Source of the DNA: Eubacteriales bacterium
Lineage (GTDB): Bacteria; Bacillota; Clostridia; Oscillospirales; CAG-272
Assembly: GCA_045605745.1 (NCBI GenBank)
Contig: JAZUQN010000031.1
Location: 1-51,940 of the forward strand
DNA length: 51,940 nucleotides
Direction: 5' to 3'
A program made the translations under genes and the position numbers. The notes below the pieces were generated by a model. That model ran no database searches and had not been told where the DNA came from. It saw only the letters and a list, made by a program, of their open reading frames with translations. Position 1 is the stretch's first letter, and each line of letters starts with the position of its first letter. This document shows, piece after piece, positions 44,295 to 51,940 of this stretch.

Positions 44295-44590
44295 TTGCTC
44301 ATGCCGCATGGCACTTCCTTTGGCATGCCCCAAAGTAAGCAAAAGACACTTAGAGGGAAACTACTTTTCTCTCTAAGAACACCTTTCCTTGCGCTACCAA
44401 CGCTCCTCTGAAAATGCAATGCTGCATTTTCTAAGGGAGCTGTGCATCACTCTGTTCTTCCTTTTTGCGCCAAAAAGCACCGGCGCAATAAGGGTGTATC
44501 ATACCGCACACTGCTCTCGTCTGTGATAAGCGATTGCTAAGCAAAATTTTCGCAGTGTGCTATTTTTTGTGAAAAGGCAGCTCCACGATA
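44295..44590 (-). repeat. right arm of the foldback (inverted copy of the left arm)
   Basis: The reverse complement begins TATCGTGGAGCTGCCTTTTCACAAAAAATAGCACACTGCG and ends TGCCATGCGGCATGAGCAA, as in the left arm. Confidence 0.8.
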
Positions 44591-44617
44591 AACTACTGTT
44601 TGCAAGGGAAACATCCG

Positions 44618-44652
44618 CAAAAAAGAGGCTGAATTTCTTTCAGCCTCTTTGA
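44618..44652 (-). terminator. intrinsic terminator of the 44709 AraC gene
   Basis: AGAGGCTGAA / TTCAGCCTCT stem. An A-run on the plus strand corresponds to a U-run on the minus-strand transcript. Confidence 0.75.
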
Positions 44653-44708
44653 GTTTTATCCGCATTATTATCTCTTTGTCAATAATCAATAAAGCAATAT
44701 CAAATAGT

Positions 44709-45533
44709 CTACGCCTTCGAATATTGCTTTATAAACTCTGAGGGGGATACCCCAACCTCAGCCTTAAAAACTCGGTTAAAATTAGATACCGAATTAAATC
44801 CGCAAATATCGGCAACCTCTATAATTGCAGTTTTGCTTGTGAGGAGCAGTATTTTTGAATAATTAATCTTCAGAGAATTAAGAAAATCGATATATGTCCT
44901 GCCCGTTAAAGCTTTAAACTGCCTGCAAAAATGTCCCGAGGAATAACCGCATTTTTTTGCCATTTCCTCAATTGTAGGGTTCTCCCTGTAATGCAGAAAA
45001 AGATGCTGCATTCCCTTTTGGATAGGGTCAAGCTCTGAAGAAAAAGCAGGAATACTGTTTTTCTCTGCAAGTCTTAAAATAAATATCAAAAAACACTCAA
45101 GAATATTTTTTGTATATCTTTCGGTATATCTGTCATTTGGCTCACAGCTTTCCCTCAGCTGATTTATTATGTCATTTGCAACCTTCATTTCCTCTGCATT
45201 CATGCATAGAACAATATTGCCAGTTTTATTCATAAATTTTTGCACGATATCCGAGCTATAAAAATAGTTATCAAAGCAGATATTTATAGCTGTTAGCGTA
45301 CTTTCAAAATCAAACATCTGGTGAAAGTCCACAGGCGATAACAGATAAAGACTTCCCTTTCCAATGTCATAAACCGTTCCGTTAAGAAGCTGTTTGCATT
45401 TTCCCGAGATAACAAGCTCTATCTCAAAATAGTCATGCATATGAAGCGGTGTTGTATTCGCGGGTTTGTTAATGATTATCCTTATGTGTTTATTTTCGAT
45501 TATCTCTTTTGGCAATCTATATATCTCAGGCAC
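44709..45533 (-). CDS. AraC family transcriptional regulator (cupin plus HTH), divergent from the GH92-like genes
   Basis: 274 aa. C-terminal HTH MAKKCGYSSGHFCRQFKALTGRTYIDFLNSLKINYSKILL...SNFNRVFKAEVGVSPSEF. Confidence 0.8.
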   Translation of the reverse strand: MPEIYRLPKEIIENKHIRIIINKPANTTPLHMHDYFEIELVISGKCKQLLNGTVYDIGKGSLYLLSPVDFHQMFDFESTLTAINICFDNYFYSSDIVQKFMNKTGNIVLCMNAEEMKVANDIINQLRESCEPNDRYTERYTKNILECFLIFILRLAEKNSIPAFSSELDPIQKGMQHLFLHYRENPTIEEMAKKCGYSSGHFCRQFKALTGRTYIDFLNSLKINYSKILLLTSKTAIIEVADICGFNSVSNFNRVFKAEVGVSPSEFIKQYSKA

Positions 45534-45779
45534 GAAATCACCTCAATCTGTTTATTTTCGATGCTTTGCCGGATCACGATAAGCATTTGTAAAATCAGCA
45601 AATCGACTATACATCAATTTTAACATATTGTTATATCCATGTCAATATAAAACATCAAAATATAATAAGGTTATGACGAAATAATGCAAGATTTTAGCAA
45701 ACAATTGTGATAAAATTAACTTGCAAAACCGTTTATTACAGGCTAATTTTGTGCAACTCTACCAAAAGGAGAAATTCTT

Positions 45780-47930
45780 ATGGAAAGCAAAGAAAAACCG
45801 ATAAAGTTCGTAGATATGACATTTGCTACAGATGCAAGAAGCCTTTGTACCATTGGCCCATCACGTCCTCACTCATCGGTTTCACCCGGCCCCGATACCT
45901 TTCCCGCAAGCTATTCAACAGGTTATCTTGCAGATAAGCCTATACGCGGCTTTTCTCATGTACACGTTAATGCAGGTGAAGCAAAATATGGTAATTTTCT
46001 TTTTTCACCTCAGATAGGTCTTGCAACGGCTCTAAACAGCCACGATTCAGAAAAAGCAAATGAAAATCCCCTGCCTTCCGAATATAACGTCACGCTCACA
46101 AGATATGGGATCGATTGTTCAATGACGCTTACAGATCATTGCGTTTTCTATAAATTCGTATATCCAAAATCAAAAGAAGCAAGCCTTGTCATCGACATAT
46201 CCACCTTTCACCAAATTCATAAAGCACTTGCCGAACAAGTTGAGGTTAAAATTTCGGAAAATGAACGGGGAAATACCATCATCTTCGGTGAAGGTTTCTT
46301 TACAGGTGCAAGATATAATGCGCATTTTTACGCTGAGATAAATAAAAAGATTGCAAAGTCCGGCACATTTATCGGTCATGAAAAAACAGACAAAAAAGAA
46401 CTTGGTCCAATTGATGTCACAGAAGAGACAAGAGATAGCGGCATGGGTGCTTTTTTACAGTTTGAAACCGAAGAAAAAGAAGAAATATACATAAAAGTAG
46501 GAATTTCGTTTAAGGACATCGAAAAGGCAAAAGCGTGGCTCGATAGTGAGATACCCCATTGGGATTATGATAAAATAAAAGAAGAAACCTCGGAGATCTG
46601 GGAAAAAGAGCTTGGCAAGATCACAATTGCCGAAAGTGCAACGCCCGAACAAAAAAGACGCTTCTATAGCTGTCTTTACATCTGCAACAAGCTGCCGCGC
46701 GATCGCACCGGAGATTTCAACGAATATCCGGAGAACGCAGAGATGGTAGACGACCATATTGCTATCTGGGACACATTCAGAACTCTTTACCCTCTTTACA
46801 CCCTAACAGATCCGGAATTTGTTAAAAAGACAGTAAACAGCTTTATAACCAGATTCAAGATAAACGGCTTCATCAGAGATATATATGCCGGTGGCAAGGA
46901 AAGAAGAAGAAACCAAGGCGGAGACAATACAGATAATATCATCGTTGAAGCCTATCTCAAAAAGATTCCCGGCATCGACTGGGAGGGTGCATACGAAATA
47001 ATAAAGCACGATGCGGAAAATTGGCGAGACGATCAGAATTCATGGTTCCCCGAGATGGGCGTGTCATCAACATACCGCGATATAGGCTTTATCCCCGCAG
47101 ATGATGAGGAAAGAAATGTTATGTGCTGTTCAAAGCAGCTTGAATATTGCTATAATGACTATCTTGCAGCTCAGATGGCTCTGGGCATGGGCGACAGAGA
47201 AAACTATGAAAAATGGATAAAGCGCAGTGAAAACTGGAAAAACATCTGGAATCCGGATATGGAGTGTGCAGGCTTCCAGGGGTTCATTTGGCCAAAGGCT
47301 CTTGATGGAAGTTGGCTCGAGCCTAATTCTATCATCCCCGATCCAAAAACCTTTATCGGTTCTTGGAAACCGTATTTCTACGAAGGATATGCATATGAAT
47401 ATTCTTTTATGGTGCCCCATGCGGTTGAAGAAATTGTTGAAAGAATGGGCGGAGATAAGCTTTTCTGCGACAGAATAGAATATGGAATGGACAACGGCTG
47501 CATAAACGGTGGAAATCAGCCGGGAATGCTGCAGCCTCTCCTTCCAAACCACACAAATCAGCCTTGGCGAACGGCAGATATGGTCAAAAAACAGCTTGCA
47601 AAATACAAGCCCAACGGAACACCGGGCTGCGAGGATTCCGGTTGCTTTGCTTCCTATTATGTATTTCTCACACTTGGAATCGTTCCAAACGGAGGTCAAG
47701 ATTTTTACTATATCACAAGTCCAAGCTATGAAAACAGTGTCATAAGTTTTGAAAACGGAAAGCAATTTGTTATCAGAGCAGAAAACTTCTCCGAGGAAAA
47801 CAAGTATATTCAGTCTGCAACTCTTAACGGCAAGCGTCTTAACCGCACTGTGATAAAGCACAGCGAGATCATTTGCGGCGGCGAGCTTGTGCTTAATATG
47901 GGCAGTGAAAAAACCGATTACACAAAATAA
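45780..47930 (+). CDS. GH92-like glycoside hydrolase (putative alpha-mannosidase), cytoplasmic
   Basis: 716 aa with no signal peptide. GPSRPHSSVSPGPDT, IRGFSHVHV, PSEYNVTL..YGIDCSMTLT..FYKFVYP, YEGYAYEYSFMVPH and GTPGCEDSGCFASYYVF are colinear with GH92 conserved blocks, as recalled from memory. Confidence 0.6.
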   Translation: MESKEKPIKFVDMTFATDARSLCTIGPSRPHSSVSPGPDTFPASYSTGYLADKPIRGFSHVHVNAGEAKYGNFLFSPQIGLATALNSHDSEKANENPLPSEYNVTLTRYGIDCSMTLTDHCVFYKFVYPKSKEASLVIDISTFHQIHKALAEQVEVKISENERGNTIIFGEGFFTGARYNAHFYAEINKKIAKSGTFIGHEKTDKKELGPIDVTEETRDSGMGAFLQFETEEKEEIYIKVGISFKDIEKAKAWLDSEIPHWDYDKIKEETSEIWEKELGKITIAESATPEQKRRFYSCLYICNKLPRDRTGDFNEYPENAEMVDDHIAIWDTFRTLYPLYTLTDPEFVKKTVNSFITRFKINGFIRDIYAGGKERRRNQGGDNTDNIIVEAYLKKIPGIDWEGAYEIIKHDAENWRDDQNSWFPEMGVSSTYRDIGFIPADDEERNVMCCSKQLEYCYNDYLAAQMALGMGDRENYEKWIKRSENWKNIWNPDMECAGFQGFIWPKALDGSWLEPNSIIPDPKTFIGSWKPYFYEGYAYEYSFMVPHAVEEIVERMGGDKLFCDRIEYGMDNGCINGGNQPGMLQPLLPNHTNQPWRTADMVKKQLAKYKPNGTPGCEDSGCFASYYVFLTLGIVPNGGQDFYYITSPSYENSVISFENGKQFVIRAENFSEENKYIQSATLNGKRLNRTVIKHSEIICGGELVLNMGSEKTDYTK

Positions 47931-47960
47931 AATTTTATATAAAGGAAGAGGTAAACAAAC

Positions 47961-50900
47961 ATGAAAAAACGCTTTTTAAGTCTTCTCTTGGCAATTATCA
48001 TGGTTATGGGAACAATAAGCATTCCCGTAGCATTTGCCAAAGACACTGCAGAGTCTTATGTATCCGATGCAAATTATGCAGCGGCTACAACAGACGAGGA
48101 TCTGACAAAATATGTCAACATGAGCTACGGAACAGGCACAAACAGTGAGTGCCTCATCGGTCCCTCAAGACCAAACGGCTCTGTTCATCCGGGTCCTGAC
48201 ACATACCCCACAAATAACTACACAGGTTATTATCCCAACAAGCCTATAAGAGGCTTCTCACAGCTCCACATTCAGTCGGGCGAGGGACGCTTCGGACAGT
48301 TCCTCATTTCTCCCCAGGTAGGCTTGTCAGTAGCACTTGACAGCCACGACTCGAATGTGGCAAACGAAAACCCAACAGCAACCGAATATAGCGTAACACT
48401 TGCAAAGTACGATATCGACTGTGCGCTTACGCCTACAGAAAATGCTGTAATCTATAAGTTTACATATCCTCAAGGAACAGATGACGGAAGTATCCTTCTT
48501 GATATGATCCACCACGTTCCGGTTTATAACGAGGCAAACGGCGGCGTTTATAACAAGGAAGCAAAGGATGTAGATATAAAAATTGAGCAGGACGCAGATG
48601 GAAATACCGTTCTTTACGGCGGTGCAAAGTACGGTGCGCACGGCAGTTCTGACCGTTATTACTATTTCTATGCTATTATCGATTCCGCTTCTCTTGCAAA
48701 TAAAACCATTGGTGTTTACAAGCAGGGTGCCATCGTTGACGGAGCAACCTCTATTGACACTGATACAACCGCTGTTGTTGACCCAGACTTTAAGGGTACA
48801 GGAGCATATCTTAAATTTGACCTTGCTGAGAATGCCGAGACAACCGTTAGGATGAAGATTGCAGTTTCCTTTAAGGATGTTGCAAAGGCAAAGGCTTCTC
48901 TTGAAGCTGAGATCCCCGCTTGGGATTATGACAAGGTTAAAAATGACAACAATACTATCTGGAATGATAAGCTTGATGTTATGGAGGTCAGCGGTCTTAC
49001 CGAGGATCAGAAGATAATGTTCTATTCCAACCTTTATGACACATTCCTTCAGCCCCGTTACCGTACAGGCGAGCTTACTGAATACGGCGACGGAATGATG
49101 CTCGACGACCACGTTGCAACCTGGGACACCTTCCGAACCCTTTTCCCACTTCTTACACTCACAAATCCTCAGCTTGTTACGGATCAGGTTGAAAGCTATC
49201 TTGTCCGTTTTGCGGACAAGGAAGAGGGCAGCGCAGATACCGTTAAGGCAGTTAAGGATATTTTCACAGGCTTTGAGCGCTCGGGCACAAACCAGGGCGG
49301 TGATAATATCGACAATGTTATTGCTGAAGCATATGTTAAGGGACTTATCCCCGAGGATATGATGGATGCAGTATATGAGCTTGTGGAATTTGAAGCAAAT
49401 ATGATGCGTGTTGACCGCGGAACTTCGGGTCAAAGTACTGGCTCAGCCAGTTCAACATATAAGGATCTGGGCTTTATCCCCGCAGATCAATATCCTATGA
49501 TGAACTGCAACACCCAGCTTGAATATTGCTATAATGACTACTGTCTTGCGCAGATCGCATATGGCGAGGGCGACATGGAGCTTTATAATAAGCTTATGGC
49601 GCGCAGCGCATCCTGGCTCAATATCTGGAACGAGGATGCTGAGGGAGCCGGATTTACAGGCTTTATCTGGCCTAAAAATTCAAACGGCACCTTTGTTGAG
49701 CCTAACAGCAATCTTACAAGTGCTACCTACAGAGTTGGTTCATGGAAGCCGTATTTCTATGAGGGTACTCCTTATGAATATTCCTTCTTCGTTCCTCACG
49801 ATATGGAAACACTCATTGAAAAAATGGGCGGCGAAAAGGAATTTATTGAGAGACTCCAGGTTGGTATAGATAATGGATATATCCATATAGGCAACCAGCC
49901 GGGTTATATTCAAGCATTCCTGTTCAACTATACAAGCGAGCCTTGGCACACCACCGATTATGTAGAACAGCTTATCAAAAAATATACTATAAACGGCACT
50001 CCCGGCTGTGAGGACTCGGGCGCAAGCTGCGCATGGTATATATTTGCCAACGTAGGCTTTTTCCCCAATGCCGGTCAGGATATTTATTGGCTCACCAGCC
50101 CTAAATATGAGCAGACCACATTCAATCTCGACAACGGTAACACCTTCGTAGTTAAGGCAAACAATCTCTCGGATGAAAACAAGTACATCCAGTCGGTAAC
50201 TCTTAACGGAGAGGTGCTTAACGACACAATGATCAGACATTCTGATATAGTAAACGGTGGCACGCTTGTATTCAATATGGGCGATACTCCCGTTAACTAT
50301 GCTTCACCCGAGGTTGGCAGCGGAAAGACAGCAAACGGCGAATACAACTGGTCCCTCCGCGAAAACGGCGTTCTCAGCATTTCGGGAGAGGGCGACGGCA
50401 CTCTTAATTTTGATACCGTTATAACAGAGGATAATTTCTCCGATATTCCTTGGAATGCTTATAAGAACAGCATAAAGAGCGTAAGCATCGCAGAATCAAG
50501 CGGCATTGTCAGCGTTTCTGATTATGTTTTCGCAGACCTTCCCGTATGTAAAAAGATAATTATCCCCAAGACTCTTACAGATCTGGGTGCAAATGGTATT
50601 TTTGCGGGTGACAGCGCTCTATATACCGTATGCAACCACGACAGCAACACCGAGGGCGAAATAAACCTTAAAACTGTGACAGCTCTTGGAACTGACATAT
50701 TTAAAGACTGCTCTGCAGGGCTCACTGTCAAGGTTCGCATCGGTGAGGCTGATTTTGCTCCCGTAAAATGGTTCACCTCATCCACAACAGTTAATTTTGC
50801 GGTTGACGGCAAAACATCTGCCAGTGAATGGCTTAGTAGCATAGAGACAAATGACACCCGTGACTCAAGCTATAAGTTCACAATTGGTAAAATTGATACC

Positions 50901-51932
50901 ATTGCGGGCGGAGAAAATACAGTATATCAGAATGAATATAGCTGGACTCTTAACACCGAAAGCGGTATTCTTACATTTGTAAACAACCGCAGCGGATATA
51001 ATGAGCTTGCTTTCTCAAAATCCTCCACCGCATTCAATGAATGGGTAGTTGACTGGAAGGATGAAATACAGCATATCGTTATTCCTTCGTTCAGTAAATT
51101 CTCAATAGATAAAGCCTCCAATGGAGTCACATCTCCCTTTGCAGGACTCACAAATCTCAAAACTGTTAAAATTGACACAACAAGATGGCTTCTTAACAGC
51201 CACGCAGTATTTGAAAATTGCAAAAATCTGACCACTCTCGGTAGCTCTGATACATTTGAGACGGGTAAGATAAAGCTTGAAGGCTTCGATATGGAAAATC
51301 TGTGGGGAGGCAGTGCCGCACCTATGTTTAAGGGATGCAAAGCTATCACAAGCGTTGATTATACAGGACTCAATGCTTTCAGCGATGGCGGCAATACCCC
51401 ACAAGATCTTAAGCTTGCCGGAGATACCTTCCTTGACTGCACATCACTTACCGAGGTTATATTTGGTAATGCTACAGCAATCGCTGAAAATACATTTAAC
51501 GGCTGCAGCGCACTACGGGAGATCACAATTCCCGCATCTGTTACATCCATTGGCAAAAATGCCTTTGTAGGATGCACAAATCTACAAACTGTCACCATTG
51601 AATCAACAAGCTTCACTGCCGCAATGGCAAATGCAACCTCTTTCCCGGATCAGGCAGGTCTCACAATATACTGTCCAAACAAAACCGTTAAGGAAGCTTT
51701 CGATTCCTATGGATACACCGAAACCAAGGTAGTTTACGAGCAGTATGTTACAGGCTCTGAAACCGTTAATAACCTTTATAGCTGGACTCTCGATAAGGAA
51801 ACGGGAATCCTTACATTTAAGGATGACAAAGCTGCTGGTGATTGGTGCGAGCTTTCCTTTACAAGCTCGGCAACAGCATTTGCAACATGGGTCAAAGACT
51901 ATAAGGATGAGATAAAGCAAGTCGGATCGTAG
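47961..51932 (+). CDS. secreted GH92-like glycoside hydrolase fused to BspA-type leucine-rich repeats
   Basis: Signal peptide MKKRFLSLLLAIIMVMGTISIPVAFA. The first ~770 aa are paralogous to the upstream gene. The C-terminus carries LRR_5-like units (NTFNGCSALREITIPASVTSIGKNAFVGCTNLQTVTI). The stop codon lies 8 nt from the window end, in the middle of a repeat module. Confidence 0.65.
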   Translation: MKKRFLSLLLAIIMVMGTISIPVAFAKDTAESYVSDANYAAATTDEDLTKYVNMSYGTGTNSECLIGPSRPNGSVHPGPDTYPTNNYTGYYPNKPIRGFSQLHIQSGEGRFGQFLISPQVGLSVALDSHDSNVANENPTATEYSVTLAKYDIDCALTPTENAVIYKFTYPQGTDDGSILLDMIHHVPVYNEANGGVYNKEAKDVDIKIEQDADGNTVLYGGAKYGAHGSSDRYYYFYAIIDSASLANKTIGVYKQGAIVDGATSIDTDTTAVVDPDFKGTGAYLKFDLAENAETTVRMKIAVSFKDVAKAKASLEAEIPAWDYDKVKNDNNTIWNDKLDVMEVSGLTEDQKIMFYSNLYDTFLQPRYRTGELTEYGDGMMLDDHVATWDTFRTLFPLLTLTNPQLVTDQVESYLVRFADKEEGSADTVKAVKDIFTGFERSGTNQGGDNIDNVIAEAYVKGLIPEDMMDAVYELVEFEANMMRVDRGTSGQSTGSASSTYKDLGFIPADQYPMMNCNTQLEYCYNDYCLAQIAYGEGDMELYNKLMARSASWLNIWNEDAEGAGFTGFIWPKNSNGTFVEPNSNLTSATYRVGSWKPYFYEGTPYEYSFFVPHDMETLIEKMGGEKEFIERLQVGIDNGYIHIGNQPGYIQAFLFNYTSEPWHTTDYVEQLIKKYTINGTPGCEDSGASCAWYIFANVGFFPNAGQDIYWLTSPKYEQTTFNLDNGNTFVVKANNLSDENKYIQSVTLNGEVLNDTMIRHSDIVNGGTLVFNMGDTPVNYASPEVGSGKTANGEYNWSLRENGVLSISGEGDGTLNFDTVITEDNFSDIPWNAYKNSIKSVSIAESSGIVSVSDYVFADLPVCKKIIIPKTLTDLGANGIFAGDSALYTVCNHDSNTEGEINLKTVTALGTDIFKDCSAGLTVKVRIGEADFAPVKWFTSSTTVNFAVDGKTSASEWLSSIETNDTRDSSYKFTIGKIDTIAGGENTVYQNEYSWTLNTESGILTFVNNRSGYNELAFSKSSTAFNEWVVDWKDEIQHIVIPSFSKFSIDKASNGVTSPFAGLTNLKTVKIDTTRWLLNSHAVFENCKNLTTLGSSDTFETGKIKLEGFDMENLWGGSAAPMFKGCKAITSVDYTGLNAFSDGGNTPQDLKLAGDTFLDCTSLTEVIFGNATAIAENTFNGCSALREITIPASVTSIGKNAFVGCTNLQTVTIESTSFTAAMANATSFPDQAGLTIYCPNKTVKEAFDSYGYTETKVVYEQYVTGSETVNNLYSWTLDKETGILTFKDDKAAGDWCELSFTSSATAFATWVKDYKDEIKQVGS

Positions 51933-51940
51933 CCATGTCG

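Larger units (their letters stand above)
43810..44606. repeat. ~0.8-kb foldback element (MITE-like or paired structured-RNA locus)
   Basis: Arm 43825-44120 aligns end to end with the reverse complement of 44295-44590. A 174-nt AT-rich core separates them. Each arm holds at least five local hairpins. The outer termini match the repeats at 7804 and 17148. Confidence 0.8.

Noticed and set aside
48327-49433. Long antisense ORFs opposite large genes. They are 368 aa here, plus 47130-47861, 49740-50240, 36853-37461, 37663-38232 and 26591-27376.
   Set aside because: Each is embedded opposite a gene that has clear family motifs. The antisense ORFs have low-complexity, Cys/Ile/Phe-rich composition, no RBS and no motifs, so they are typical shadow ORFs.
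1-51940. Window-wide check for CRISPR arrays, tRNA or rRNA genes, prophage, transposase or integrase genes, toxin-antitoxin pairs and known defence systems.
   Set aside because: I saw no direct-repeat/spacer periodicity, no tRNA-like cloverleaf candidates in the intergenic gaps, and no ORF with recognisable motifs of these classes. Absence judged by eye is not proof.

Overview
This 51.9-kb window looks like chromosome from a low-GC, Clostridia-like Gram-positive anaerobe. That placement is an inference from gene content and signals: GGAGG ribosome-binding sites, TTGACA-17-TATAAT promoters, a glmS ribozyme, a GlpP antiterminator operon and many lipoprotein signal peptides. I call about 49 protein genes and four structured RNA elements.

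**Left two thirds: mostly housekeeping**
- Repair and cell envelope: DUF512 Fe-S protein, Ogg glycosylase, VanY-type peptidase, FHA protein, MinD-like ATPase with an MGS-like protein.
- Metabolism and translation: AsnC regulator with aminotransferase, MutS paralogue, uxaC, two hydrolases, Wzx-like flippase, rplS.
- A glpP-controlled glycerol-3-phosphate dehydrogenase operon and a GDPD gene.
- Amino-sugar and methyl-cycle genes: an LbH gene followed by glmM and glmS, then luxS and mtnN.

**Structured RNA elements**
- RNase P RNA.
- TPP riboswitch upstream of thiT.
- glmS ribozyme.
- A GlpP-type leader terminator.

**Right third (32.9-51.9 kb): a mannoside or mannan utilisation island**
- Three AraC regulators.
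- A surface CE7 esterase and a GH26 lipoprotein.
- A GH2 beta-mannosidase, a ROK kinase, an esterase and a SIS isomerase.
- Two tandem GH92-like genes. The second is secreted and carries BspA-type leucine-rich repeats.

**Most unusual signal**
A non-coding repeat family is not explained by any gene.
- An approximately 0.8-kb foldback at 43.81-44.61 kb has two ~300-nt multi-hairpin arms in inverted orientation around an AT-rich core.
- Its outer termini recur in a 94-bp mini-foldback at 7.80-7.90 kb.
- They recur again as a solo head-plus-hairpin copy at 17.15-17.25 kb.
- All three copies sit in convergent intergenic gaps bracketed by terminators.

**Other points worth a second look**
- The glmS ribozyme cleavage site falls inside the last codons of glmM.
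- A self-contained two-micropeptide transcription unit lies at 24.26-24.68 kb.
- A 33-aa Cys-rich micropeptide lies at 31.44-31.54 kb.
- The MGS-like protein has substituted catalytic residues.

I saw no CRISPR array, tRNA, rRNA, transposase, integrase or recognisable defence genes.
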